Source: Podarcis erhardii
Taxonomy: Eukaryota
Direction: 5' to 3' (one strand)
Length of the DNA stretch: 64,000 bases
Assembly (NCBI GenBank): GCA_964252035.1
Contig: OZ176203.1
Part shown: in pieces, positions 39,017-51,765 of the stretch
Position numbering within the stretch: the first letter of the stretch is position 1
How the letters are laid out: the number at the start of each line of letters is the position of its first letter
The notes under the pieces: model-generated
Databases searched by the model: none
What the model was told of the DNA's origin: nothing
Seen by the model: only the letters and a program-made list of their open reading frames with translations
Position numbers and translations under genes: made by a program

Positions 39017-40941
39017 ATTGTATTGCCACCTTTCACCAGCAGTTAAATTACAGTCACAGTAATTGGGTGGGTCCTAAAACCATACATCTTGGGTGCCAAA
39101 GGGCAAGGTAAAGTAGTGTGCCTTCAGCATTTGCTGAAAACTATGAAAGCTATATAGTGAAGATAGCAGATGTGCCTCTGTGAGGAGGGAATTCCACAAA
39201 TTATGCCATTTCAGCACCATGGGAAGACCTCCTTATTTTCTCAGGCCTTTAAATTCTTTCCTGATTTAAACACCTTTGTTTTTTATGCTGCTTTCATATG
39301 TTTTACTGATCTAATTGTGTATTCAAATGTGTTTTCCCCCTTTCCTGTAAACCACCCTGAGAACATGGTGAAAGGGTGGCATATGTATATTTTAAACAAA
39401 CAAAATAAAAATAGATCCTGTGCTAATGACGACCAAACGAAGTCATTTAAAAAACAACAACAACAACTGAAAATCTGAGGCAGAATATATATTTGGGTAC
39501 ATAGTCCTTCAACATCCGTTCATTTTATCACAGGAACTCCAGTGTGAAATTTGAAGTGATTTTTGCTGGAGGCAGGGAGAGGCAATGCTAATTAATAAAC
39601 AGTCCTAAATGACTGTTAACTTGCCCCACTCAGTAGCCTTATCAACAAGCAGGCAGGGAAATGTTTTTAACCAAGATCACCTACAAACCACTTGCCTTTG
39701 AAAAGGGTTTCCTTTTCTCTTCCCCAGACAATTTTTCTTGCCCATTTTCCAGCTAGAACTGATATTGTACATGGCCCAATAATGTGCAAAGCAAATCAGA
39801 CTAACAAGAAACAAAGGCAAGTCTTATTTTTTTCCGGAAATGAAATCATGGCCTAGTTCTATTTCCTGACGCCGGGCAAATGATTGACATTGGAGTAGAC
39901 GGTGACCTGCTTAGAGTGGTTTAGTGTGTCAACTGCCACCTGGTTTTATGTCACTGGGCATGTAATGAAGCTGACTAAATAAGGCAGAGCTAACCTAGAA
40001 AAAGACATCAGACTTAAGTTATATTTTTAGGCTGATTTCTTTTCACATAAATTTAAATACCAACTGGAGTCATTCACTATGAAAGACCGTGCTGGCTTTC
40101 TTATGCTATCAGGAAAGATTAAGGGCTCAGGTTGGTTACGTGGTGTTCTGGCTTCGCCTGGCAGATCTCCTTGGTTGGAGCTTAAAATGTGTAGTAAACT
40201 AGGCTACTTTTCTTCTTAGATGCATAATGCAGCGGATGGGTCCCTTTTATGTGACATTTTGCTCCTGGAAAATGCAGGGGAAAGGTTGCCTTTCCAGGCA
40301 GCGTCAGCACCAATAACTAGGCAGACGGCAGCTTTTGACTGGCGACAGCAAATATTAAATCTATTTTTATTAATGTAATTGGAGTGGTTTCAGGATTTGG
40401 CAAACCTGCTCACTGCTTTTTGAAAGACATGGAGAAAGGCTGCATCTTATGGGGTGTGTCCTATATGAAAGACTACGTTCTCTTCCTCAGCTTATATCAT
40501 GGCTAGATTTTTCTGCACGACTCAGTCCTTATTACAGACTGAAAAGGGAATGCGGTGTTTGGGTTGAATTGTCCTGTGGCAATATATTGTCTCCTTGAAT
40601 TCCTAACTGCACATAAAAGGCTGCGGCCGCTGTTTACCTTCTCCAAATAGTCCAAGCTCCAGAATATTTCACTCCTGAAACACACTACCTGGGTTTGTAG
40701 TATCCCATGAAGTTGATGTGAATTAATGGGGTTGCCTCCTTTTTCTTAGCCCCTGAAACTTATTTGTGTGCACCACAGAGACTAAATGGGGGTGGATACT
40801 CATTCAAGATTACTGGTCTCAAGCATTCCAGGTTGTCTGTTAGCTCCCCATCCCAACCAAGATAAATAGGCACTGGGGAGTTTGGTACACTTTCAAAGCA
40901 ACTTGCTAAGCTGCTCTCAGAAATGGAATATTGCATTATAT

Positions 40942-41072
40942 TGTGGATAGCCAATTTGGTACCCTCCAGATGTTGTTGGAACCCAATTCTTATCAGCCCA
41001 CCTTGCATGTCCAATGGATGATGGGAGTTGTAGTCCAACATTATCTGGTGGGCATGATGTTTGTTACCCCTG
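40942..41072. mobile_element. Degenerate hAT MITE (family of 31234/60803)
   Basis: CCCTCCAGATGTT...GATGGGAGTTGTAGTCCAACA..ATCTGG core; ends ACCCCTG. Confidence 0.55.
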
Positions 41073-41510
41073 AGATATATGGACCATCCTTGCTTAGACT
41101 AAGTAGATGTAAAAGAAAAATAAGTATGAGCATTGAAGCCCACACATAACTAGGTGAGTGGTTATTCACAAGCCTTGGTTTTTGATTGTACTCAGTGGTG
41201 TGGAGCCCTGGTACCTCTTATTTTGCTGCCCATGGCAGCCATTTTCTGCTGGCACCCATCAGACCCAGTACCCCATTTTTAACAAAAATTAAAAGACTGA
41301 CTATTTGTATGTCAGAACTCAGACTCATAACTCTTGGCTACACTGTGCACCACCTTTTTCGAGAATGTGGTCCCATATAGGAAAGTCCCACTCGTGTTTT
41401 GAAGCCAAATTTCTGGATCTTGGCATGCAACAAAGGCAATTGCAGAAGCCCAGGCTTCATTCTCACACCCTTCAATTTCAGTAAATGGTGAAGCTATGCA
41501 CTGTGCAAAC

Positions 41511-41945
41511 TGATGATGATGATAATTACTATTATTAATACCCTGTCTATCTGGCTGTGTTTCTCCAGCCACACTGGGTGGTTTCCAGAAGAATAGTAAA
41601 AACACGACAAAACATCAAATGTTAAAAACTTCCCTAAACAGGGCTGCCCTCAGATGTCTTCTAAACATCAGATAGTTGTTTATTTCTTTGACATCTGAAG
41701 GGAGGGTGTTCCACAGGGAGGGTGACACTACTGAGAAGGTCCTCTGTCTAGTTCCCTGTAACTTCACTTCTCACAGTGAGGAAATCACCAGAAGGCCCTC
41801 GGAGGAGGACCTCAGTGTCCGGGCTGAGTGATGGGAGTGGAGACACTCCTTCAAGTATACTGGGTCGAGGCTGTTTAGAGGGCTTTAAAGGTCAGCTCCG
41901 ACACTTTGAATTATGCTTGGAAATGCACTGGGAGCTAATAAAGAT
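41511..41945 (-). mobile_element. L2 LINE 3' fragment
   Basis: Reverse-complement homolog of 45998-46443 (CAGGGCTGCC..CAGATGTCT..ATTTCTTTGACATCTGA.GGGAGGG.GTTCCACAG); microsatellite tail at 41511-41540. Confidence 0.85.
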
Positions 41946-42222
41946 CTTTTAGGACCGGTGTTAAATTCTAGGTTCAATCCTTGGCATCTCCAAGTAGAGC
42001 TAGGAGAATCTTCTGCCTTAAATACTGCAGAGCAGCTACTGGTAATTATAGGCAATATTTAGCCAGATGGACCAATCAATGGTCTGATTCATGAAAAAGC
42101 AGCTTCCTACATCCCTATGTCCTAGACTCATTACTTTTGATTCTTTAGAAGCATTCTTAAGAAAACTAAGATTCTCGTTCAGATGCATGTACGGTGGGAA
42201 GAGGGTATTTATGAAGTTCACA

Positions 42223-42458
42223 CACTGGCGTACGAAGGGGGCGGGGAAGCGCGCCACATTGGGTGCCATTTGGGGAAAAGGTGCCATTGTGGCCGTGCCC
42301 CTGGGACATGCAACCCTGGGACATGCGCCATGCCCCCACGGGCAACGTGTCACGCTGATGCACCATACCCCTGGGACACACGCCAGGCCCCTGTGGGTGA
42401 CATGCCACTCCCCACCTGTTGTCCACTCCAGGGGCTGCAGCATGTTGCTCCGCCACTG
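42223..42458. mobile_element. GC-rich hAT MITE
   Basis: Termini CACTGGCGTACG / GCTCCGCCACTG; perfect 8-bp TSD AGTTCACA; three internal CCCTGGGACA repeats. Confidence 0.85.
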
Positions 42459-43582
42459 AGTTCACATATTACAAGAACTGGAAAATATGTGTGAATTTCT
42501 AAAGAGCCCAGTTGGCTGGATGTAGCAGGATAGACTGTACACAAAGTAAGAGCCAATGTACATAAATAAGTGATTATGTAGCTCTCACAATGCGGACTGC
42601 TGCAAACTTCCATTTGGAGATTAGCAGCATCACTACCCAATCCTACTTCCTCCAGTTTTCACTGAACACAAGTATACACAAACAGATTACTGGGGTTAGG
42701 GGGTGGGAGCAGAGAGCAATTGAAAGCAGCCAGTGCTTGTTCATGTGCATCAGCGGAAGTCTTGGCTCACTCCTCTTTGGGTTACATGTGCCCACTGTAA
42801 ACTGCCTGCTTAACCCATGATACAGATTCTGCTTTAGCCATATATACATTTTCCCCATAGAACAACAGTCCTATTCAGACAATGCTCAGCAAAAGAAGAA
42901 CATGGATACAGTGAGGCTGTAGGGCCATATGTTTGGTACCTTATTTTTCCAGTGAGACTGAAATGATTAGATTACAAATTTTGCATTCACTTCCACTAAA
43001 AATCTGATTAACCTTGCAGTCTCAACCTTGCATTATTAAATGGTTTCTTTATTTTTCCTAATCCCTGTATGCATTGAAATATTGTCATGAAAAGAAAATA
43101 TAAAAAACATTAAAATAGGTATATTACACAAATAGACACAATCAAAAAAGTCATACAACATTCTATTAATTAACAACTTAGATAATGGGAAATATGTTAT
43201 TACAAAAGGTGGAGTTATGGTAAATATATTTTCATATTTTTTTTAAGTCTTATTTTATGGCTACAGCATTGTTACTCTGAAAGTTCCTTGGCCGGCAGTA
43301 TCTCCCCTGAGTTGGTGATTAAGCCGATTAAGGTTTTGAAAATGGTTACTTGAATGTCCCATTTTGCATGGATTTTTCCTGTAACTGTTAGCTCTCTATG
43401 CAAAAATAACTATTATGCCTTTCTTTCAGTGTCAAAGATCTGGTTCAGTACACCAACCCAAATCCCATAGTGTTGTTTTTTTAAAACACACACAAATACA
43501 AAGCACAGTAACAAAAAACCCATACCCCTCCCCCAGTTAAATGACCATAGATTGATTAATTGGCAAAGACCTGAGAGAAGAG

Positions 43583-43619
<37 letters not shown>
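43583..43619. repeat. (GATT)n microsatellite at the L2 3' end
   Basis: Directly visible. Confidence 0.95.
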
Positions 43620-44390
43620 CCTGGCACCTAAAGCTATGTAATGAAGGCACCAGGTGACTCTCCCTGGGGAAAGCATTCCACAAGCAGGGAGCCACCACAG
43701 AAAAGGCCCATTTTCATGTTGCCGCCCTCCAGACCTCTCACAGAGGAGGTATACAAAAATGGGTCTCAGCAGGGTCAGTTCATATGGGGAGGGATGGTCC
43801 TTGAGGTGTGTGGTCCTGAGCCATTTAAAGCTTTATAGGTCAAAAACAGCACTTTTAATTGGGTCCGGAAACTAGTTTGCAGCCAGCGCAGTTGGGTCAG
43901 GATTGGTGTAATATACTCAAACCGTCTTCCTGGTAAGCAACATGGCCGCTGAATTCTGCACTAGCTGAAGTTTCCAAGCTGTATTCAGAGGCAGCCCCAC
44001 ACAGAACATGTTGTCATGATTTAACTTAGAGGTTACCAGAGCATAGACAACAGAAGTTAGGCTTTCACTGTCTAGATAGGAACACAGCTGAGCCGCCACA
44101 CCAGCTGCAGCTGATGGAAGGCACTCCACACCACTGAGCCCCCCTGAGCCTCAAGCAACAGTAATGGGTCCAGAAGTACCTCCAAACTCCCTCCTTCAGA
44201 GCAGGCCTCCTCTCACCTATCTGGTTTCGGGAACCACTACTAACAGTTGCTTAGTCTTATCTGCACTGAGCTTCAGTTTATTGACTCTTATCCAGCCAGA
44301 CTCTGAAGCAAGACATTGGTCCAGCACATCCACCGCCTTACCTGCAGATGTAAAGGAAAGGTAGAACTGTGTGTCATCAGCTTATTGCTG
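43620..44390 (-). mobile_element. L2 LINE, RT C-terminal fragment (inactive)
   Basis: Translates QQ*ADDTQFYLSF (YADD tyrosine replaced by a stop, 44373-44384) and QLCSYLD.ESL..VVYALVTSKL...GLPL....KLQLVQN.AA.LLT. Confidence 0.9.
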
Positions 44391-45800
44391 ATCGTTGGGT
44401 GTAAGGCACCATTTGCCAAATCTGCTTTCAAAATATGACTTTTTTTCTGTTTCCAGTCCCGCTCTTTTAGTATAGTGTTGATCCCATTTTGAATTTGGAA
44501 TAGGATTTATTGCTTTTTCCAACATGCGCAGGGTTAATTTTTGTTTGTTGTCAGTGCATGGCTTCATGATGCTGCCGCCACTCCCCTCTGGCGTCTTCCC
44601 ATGTAATGCAGGTGGCTGCGATCATATTACAAGGAGATTATGAAGGGCTGCACAATCTTTAAAACGTGTCTCTCGTTCTGTCCATCATGGTCATTTCAAC
44701 AGCTCTAGCTGCTTCACAAAGTGGATGTTTCCAAATGATAAAATACAAAATTGACTGGAACCATTCCAAGAAGTTATTAAAATAATGGAAGTTCTCTAGG
44801 ATCTCATCCCCATTATTGGCTGCTGTTACTTCTGAACTGAGGAGCTGAAAGAATTGAAGGACTTCAGAAGGTTTAACTTTTATCCTAGGCTACTAGTCTT
44901 TCCAGTGCACCATCATCATTTGCAGTCCAGTGCAAGAGAAAATCTTGGTTTTAACTAGCATAATGATATGAGATTGGGATACCTGGGTTTAAATTTATGC
45001 TGGCTCATGAATCTCATAGGGTTGTGTGGTCATGAGCAAAAACAGCATCACTCAATTGAAACTATCTTACAGATTTGTTGTTAGGAATTAATGGGTTAGA
45101 AATGTATGATAGGTCCAGGGTCCCCTCCTCCTTTGCATCCGTTTGTTTTTCTCAAAACTATTCCATTTTCATAATTCAATTTGGCAGCATCCAGTTATAT
45201 TTGCACAGGCAAATCCTTGTGCGGAGCATGCTATCAGCACAGTAAGGAATTACTTGCCTAAGGTAGCAGATAATATATTCCAATTAAAATACAGCTAGAG
45301 CCAAATTCTAAAGAAGAGCTGATACATCAAATCCTTTATTAGATTGAATGCTGAACCCTGAATTTATTACACTGCACAAATTCCTAGGGTGGAAAAGGGA
45401 AATGAAATATAACATTAATGGCTTTGTTGGGCATTAATAATATAATATATGTTTTTTCCCTAATGTTTCCAGTTAGGACAAAGTCTTATTATGTGGCATT
45501 TTAAAAGAAGCTTCAAAATGTTGCCAATGTGCTCTTTCACTTTTTTTAAACATAAAACCCACTAATGCTGTTTAAAATTGGTTCACGATATTTCCGCAGG
45601 AAAAATGTATTGTAAAGGTTACATATGATAAGAAACTGAGGTTTGCCACTGAAAGAACTCCAATGGCAAGTTCGCCCCTTCATAATATGTAGTATGACTC
45701 CATTGAGTTGTGTAGTTCTCTGGCAATGAAGCTTCGGATCATTGACTGCTACTGGTGCTTGCAGGAAAAAGTTAAAAATAGTCATGGCTGAACAGAAATT

Positions 45801-45998
45801 AGGGCCACATTCACACCATACGTTTAAAGCACTATGAGACCACTTCAAGCTGTCATGGACAAAGAATCCTGGGAGCTGCATTATGTTAAGGATGCTGAGA
45901 GTTGTTAGGACACCACCCTCACAGCACTACAATTGCCAGTTTCCTGTGAAGAGGTATTGATTGTTAAAGCACTCTGAGAATTGTGGCTCAGTGAAGGG
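45801..45998. mobile_element. Left half of a palindromic MITE split by an L2 insertion
   Basis: GGGCCACATTCACACCATAC.TTTAAAGCACTATG...AAAGAATCCTGGGA...AAGGATGCTGAGAG; the complementary right half resumes at 46449-46530. Confidence 0.7.
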
Positions 45999-46443
45999 AC
46001 CATATAACAGTGGTCCTAAAAGAATTACATTGGCTCCCATTTCTGAGCACAATTCAAACCGTTGATGCTAGCCTTTAAAGCCCTAAATGGCTTCGGCCCT
46101 GTATACCTGAAGGAGCGTTTCCACCCACATCGTACAGCCCAGACACTAAGATCCAGCTCCGAGGGCATTCTGGTGGTTCCCTCACTGAGAGAAATGAAGC
46201 TACAGGGAACCAGGCAGAGGGCCTTCTCTACAGTTGCACCCACTCTGTGGAACACCTTCCCATCAGATATCAAAGAAATAAATAATTATATGACCTTCCA
46301 TAGACATCTGAAGGCAGCCCTATTCAAGGAAGTTTGTAGTGTGTGACGTGTTGTGTTTTTACAATTTTTTGTTGGGAGCTGCCCAGAGTACCTGGGGCAA
46401 CCCAGTCAGATGGGTAGCATATAAATATGTTGTTGTTGTTGTT
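45998..46443 (+). mobile_element. L2 LINE 3' fragment with (GTT)n tail
   Basis: ORF 46062-46346 encodes LAFKALNG.GP.YLKER...LRSS...L.VP...T..RAFS..AP.LWN..P.....F...LK..LF, the L2 ORF2 C-terminus. Confidence 0.9.
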
Positions 46444-47182
46444 ATATTAGGGAATAGGGCTCTCCTCAGCACCCTTAAAAAACTACAACTCCCAGAATTC
46501 TTTGGTGGAAGCCTTACTGTTTAAGGCTGTTTAATACTGATTAACTGCAACAGTAGCTAAATAATATGTGGGTGGATTTGCTGGTACGATGTCTTATTAA
46601 CCATTCTTACTCTGCATAGTTATATAATAGCATGCAAAAACCATTTTTATTACTCTTCAACCATATTGTACTTTATAAATAATTAAATGTGACTTCCTTG
46701 TAACCAATCAATGGGGTTTCACAATTGTCTGCACAATTTTCAATCTCAGTAGAGGTATGTCCGCAAAATCCTGCTTCCAAGGGCATGCAAGCTCTACCTA
46801 TATTTAGGTGACACTTTTCAAGAAAAAGTATCCAGTTATGTTTAATATGTTTACGGATGACTGCCGGACCATATGTGATTGTTTTGGAATCCCTGGTACA
46901 GGGATTACAGTAGAGCTTTTTTGAGACTTTAGCTTCACTTCCTCCAAATAAATCAACATTTCAAGGCTCTGGTCTATTCTACTGGGAACTGGATAAACAA
47001 AAATGACAAGGTCAGTAGATATTTTAAGCATACACATCTAATTATACGAAAAACAGTATTAATGAAGACTGAAAGCAAAATTTATAAATATATTTCCCTG
47101 GAGAATTGCACATGGAGAAACTAATCTAGAAAAATAATAAGCCAAATCACTTCATTTGATATGAACCAGGATGTGATGCTGA

Positions 47183-47256
47183 CATAGAATCATAGAATTG
47201 TAGGGTTCGAAGGGACCTCAAGGGTCATTTAGACCAACCTGCTGCAAAGCAGGAAT
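47183..47256 (-). mobile_element. CR1 3' tail fragment
   Basis: CATAGAATCATAGAAT (reverse of the ATTCTATG octamer repeat) followed by GAAGGGACC..AGGGTCAT.TAG.CCAACC. Confidence 0.8.
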
Positions 47257-48875
47257 CAACTAGATCATGTATGATCCAAAGCACTTTCACATTCATCAGA
47301 ACTTTGTTATTTTGGAGCTATTCAGTTGCTTAATGTGTGCTTCATTCATTTAGATGTGGATATTCTATTCACAGGGCTTCATTACTTCTTCCAAGGAAAC
47401 AGGAACAAATCCCATGCTGGGAGTCACTATTCACTGCAGGATGTACATAGAATTAGACTCACAGTATCTTGTAGCCTGCATAGCAGGCAGGCACTTGTGG
47501 CAGGGGGTTTTCCGTAGAAGCCCCACAACTATGGAACTCAGTTTCTTCTGAGATTAGGCAAGCTTAATTACTAGTGAAGGACTCGTGGCTTCAGGATCTG
47601 GTGATGATTGCAGATTTAGAGATCTAAATGTGGAGGGAGGGGTTTTTAATGGGGGGGAGTTTACAGGAAGGAGGGGAGACTTAACTCATCCCCTCCACAG
47701 CTGTAGCACCCTGAAATCACCCTTGTGATACCAATTAGGCCTTCTTTTCAGCCTAATTTTCCCTGCAGGCCCCAGGGAAAACCTTTTGTGTCTCCAGGCA
47801 CCACATTGGTGACCCATGTGCTAGGCTATTGTTATTTCCTTCCCTTTTCTCATCCCTTCATCTTTCTTTGGTTTTTCTATTCCTGCTTTGCCAGAAGCAG
47901 AGATTTCTGAACTTGTTGATCTGCTATATTGGATTGGTAGGTATGTTTTTCTCTCTTTCAGACAATGCTAAAACACTAAGGATGCTTTTAAGGATGCTTC
48001 CTCTAGATGGGCTAGAGGAAATATCAGCAGGAGGTAATGTAAGACATGGCAATCAACCAACCAACCAACCAACCAGGCAGTCAATCAACTGACCATCTTA
48101 GCTGTGAGTCCTTGCAGACCTTTTCCCACCTGGCTTGGGGTGGCAGGGCTCTGACTGACTCCAGCTACAAAACCTGCACCTGTTGAAGAGGCCAGAGACC
48201 ATCTTGGTTGTCTCTTAGTGCAGACCCAGGTCATCAAGCCTGAACTTCCACAGCCACTGCCCACCATGAACCTCCATTGGCAGGTTGGGCAGCAACAGCA
48301 GCAGGTATGTTCTGTGCTTATGATGATATGTTATTCTCTTCTTAATTATGCTGTTTTACATTTTATATCTGACATCATTGAGTAATGTTTTATTTTGAAA
48401 CATTTAAGATAATTTTTGCTGTTAACTTGGCTGTGTTAGATGTGGATTCTGTAGTTGACCTCCTTTGTAATGTTTTATTTTGAAATCTTTAAGATAATAG
48501 TTTAGTTTCCTGTTAATTATGCTGCTTTGAATGCATACTTTATAGTTAACTTTCTCCAGTAATGCTTTATTCTGGATTGTTTCATTGGATATTTAAATGT
48601 GTTGTAAAGCCCTTTGAGATATTTTTCTTAAAAATATGAAGTGGTATAGGAATGAAATAAATCACCACCACATTGCTTTATTATAGTTCTCATTCTTTAT
48701 GCATATCAACACTTGATTCCTTTATAGTTTACTCTTAGTGTTTGGCTTGCATTGGAGTGCTTGGATTGAATTTCTTTTCTGTACTTTTGGAGTCATTTGG
48801 GCCACTAATTTTTATTATCTACTGTTTCTATATTATTTATCAATAAACTATTTAATTCATTTCAGTTATAATCTT

Positions 48876-48922
48876 TATTATATTATATTATATTATATTA
48901 TATTATATTATATTATATTATA
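48876..48922. repeat. (TATTA)n pentanucleotide microsatellite
   Basis: Directly visible. Confidence 0.95.
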
Positions 48923-51759
48923 TATTAATCTTTCTGCTTTAATCTCTGGGGTGCAAATTTGAATGAAACTAGACCAATTATCTTCAGCTAAGATACCAGC
49001 ATGCTTACAGAAATGGTTACACTTTACATTTGAGACATTATCACCTCACTCCACAACTCAAGATTTCTGTTTTTTGGGGGCTGGGAGGGGAATAGTTGTG
49101 GCTGGGTGCCTTTCACTTCAGTGGTTAAACCAAATCTACTCTCAGTTGTGTTACTATATATACCAATGAATTGTAACAGAAGTCTTTACCGTTCAAAACA
49201 CTGAAGTCGGTATCAGCTAATCAAAAACAAACACTGCCTTTGGCTATTTTATTAAGCTTTCCTTGTGAAATGTTACTCTAGCTAGCATGAGGGCTAAAGT
49301 TTACTCCATTTATTATAATATTCGTAGTAATACTGTGCAGTCAAGTGCAAATGATCTTCCGCCTTCTCAATTAACAGAGTATTAAGACTTCCCTGAAGAG
49401 CAATAAACTCCTTTAATATGACAGGGGTACAAGTTCATTTATGCGCTTCTTCCAAGGTGCATTTCCAAATCTGTGTGAAATTCCCTAAGCTCCTTATTGA
49501 TTGTCAAGGCGAATCAAAGCAGCTATGTTTTCCTCCGTTGGTGTTTAAATCATATCCCATAGGAGATAAACTAGGAGGAACTTTGTAGATACTTATTTAA
49601 AAATATTGTTGTTGCATCATTTCAGAAATGCTGTCTTGAGTGGCCTGTGAAGTAATATTCATGTATATCTGCTTCCCTAGCCACACATTTCTTCTCCTGT
49701 TCAGTATTTTACATATCTACCCAACCAATGTGATGTGCCAAGAACAGAGTGTGCATGCTGGATCATCATATAAACAGATCATCATATAAATGAACCACAT
49801 GGTCACTTAAAACTAAAGGCTGTGCACGCTCATATTGCCCCTGGAACTATGTGCTCCAGAGAGGTGTCTGCTTAGGAGGGGAAGGGGAAGAAAATTGCTC
49901 ACTTGCAGACAGAAACGGGTTCCAATTCAAGATTTCAGTAATATGATGTGCAGTGCTCCTATTCAGGGCTTCAGCAGGAGTGTTTCCCCAGAATTCTGCA
50001 TTCCATTCACCCTCTTCCAGTTTTCCATTCTTGCCCACTTCCAACAGTGAGCCAGTATTTCAAGGCCACTGAGCATACTCTGTTCTCATCGGACTGTTTT
50101 GGGTTTTTTCCCCAGCCAAAAAGGGTTTTTTCCTCGATTCCTTTCTTCTTTTTTTGGTTCTTGTGCAGACCTCAAGGTTTCCCCGAGTCTGCTGATGCCT
50201 CATTCTATTGTGTGAGTCATGCTGTTTTGGCTACGTAAGGATCAATATGAGAGTTGTCACAACTTGTGACAATGTATCTGTTTTTATTTTGCTTGAATTT
50301 ATTTTTCTTTAACTTTTAATTTCAGAAACCTGGTTGTTATTAAAATATTTAGGTGGGAAGAAACACTCTTGAGCGTTTCGTATCAGTATATAGATTAGCC
50401 ACAATTCGGTCTAGAATAAACCATGATTAAACCCCATTGATTTCCAAATCTGACTGAATTAAAATCACTGGTGTTTTTAAGTATAGGCAATGACCATTTT
50501 GTGTGTGTTCAGTATGTGCAAAAGCCAGAAGTGACTAGAGTGCAGAAAGGGCAAAAATGGTGTGATGACAGGACCTAGCAATCCCACAAGCCTTTGCAAG
50601 TTCAATCCCAGGAGGCCTTGCACCAACCTGTGAGGCCTGTGCAGAGAAAGTGGTTTCAATGGTGTTCCCAACATACACATTTCGCTTAAATGCACAGTGC
50701 CTCAGAACATAAACCCTGCGTTAATGGGGAGTTGTCTATATGCAAAATTTGTGGCAAACTGTATCTTTATATGCTGGTACAATTTTTTCTGAGACCTGTT
50801 GTACAAGCGAATAGCTGAACTTGAGCCATGCATCTTGACCCCACTCTGGTAATCTACTGAATATCAATGGTGGTGCATACCTTAAAGAAAGAACTGCACT
50901 GTAAATGGATACACTGTGTGTCTCTGCATTCAGAGACACACAACTTTACTCAGTTTTATTTTCATTCGGATAAAGCCTCCCGAGCCCAGAAACTGCTTTG
51001 TACAGCTCTGCTTCTCAAAATTGGGGTGCCTAGAATCTAGCTCAGTCAAACCATTTTATTTCAGTGATCACTTCTCTCTCTCTCTCTCTCTCTCTTTTTT
51101 GCATTTGGTGGTTTTGCAGAATAACTGCAAAAGTAGAACGCTGCAAAACAGAAGGAAAGCATCATCTTCTAGCCCCATATGATGATCACAAAGACTTGAC
51201 CGTATGCATAGCAATGGTCACCTGAAGAACAAATGACACCTCTGACATCTACTTTTGGTGGCTATGAAGCAGCAGCAGATGATAAGAGGTCCACTCCAAG
51301 TACTTTGAAGGGGAATCATGCTTGAATTAGAGGGCAGGAGCTGAATTTGTTGCAAATGGTGGCACAATTCATCTTGCTCATACTAATACAACTGCACTCA
51401 GAAGCACAGACTAGTAAGATGAAGGTAGATTAGCTGGTTGGTTGAATAATCATAGGGCTAAAAGAACACAGGCCAAGCTCTTACTCTGGGTGGACTCCAT
51501 GGGATTACATGGAATAAGTTGGACTGCTTGTGAGTTCCTGATCTAGGAGGAATGCGATGCGGTATGGATTGTATGTATAGCCTATACCTGGGACTTATGC
51601 ATGTGGCTACCACAAATATGCACAGCTGTAACTGAATAGAAATCGCTGATCTTCAAGCAAACACACACCATCAGGGGAACTTTTGAGCAAGCATTGTTAG
51701 CCTACTTACTGGCTGGACAATAAATAGATTAGAACTTCAAAGTCAATGCATTTTTGTCA

Positions 51760-51765
51760 TTTATT
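51760..51765 (-). terminator. Candidate NRIP1 polyadenylation signal
   Basis: Plus-strand TTTATT = AATAAA on the mRNA; UGUA (CFIm-type) at 51829-51826 about 60 nt upstream; U/GU-rich sequence downstream. Confidence 0.5.

Noticed and set aside
38769-39111. Poly-Cys/Ser/Leu/Phe/Val ORFs
   Set aside because: Produced by the (GTT)n(CTT)n microsatellite. The same applies to the ORFs at 917-1238 and 61835-62194.
39990-40450. Repeat-free blocks (also 9000-9330, 25540-25900, 49200-49600) that look like conserved non-coding elements
   Set aside because: Conservation cannot be judged without alignments, and no decisive motif cluster is visible.
42223-42458. Short direct repeats with spacers resembling a CRISPR-like array
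   Set aside because: These are subterminal repeats of a hAT MITE with an 8-bp TSD in a vertebrate genome; there is no regular repeat-spacer periodicity and no cas genes.
43120-43410. Possible reverse-strand L1 3' remnant
   Set aside because: Translation similarity is too weak to support a call.
43780-43900. Several RGGTCA half-sites
   Set aside because: They lie within the L2 coding remnant and are explained by the element.
47223-47235. Near-perfect estrogen response element GGTCAtttAGACC
   Set aside because: It falls inside a CR1 3' tail whose consensus contains this sequence, so it is not evidence of a specific ERE.
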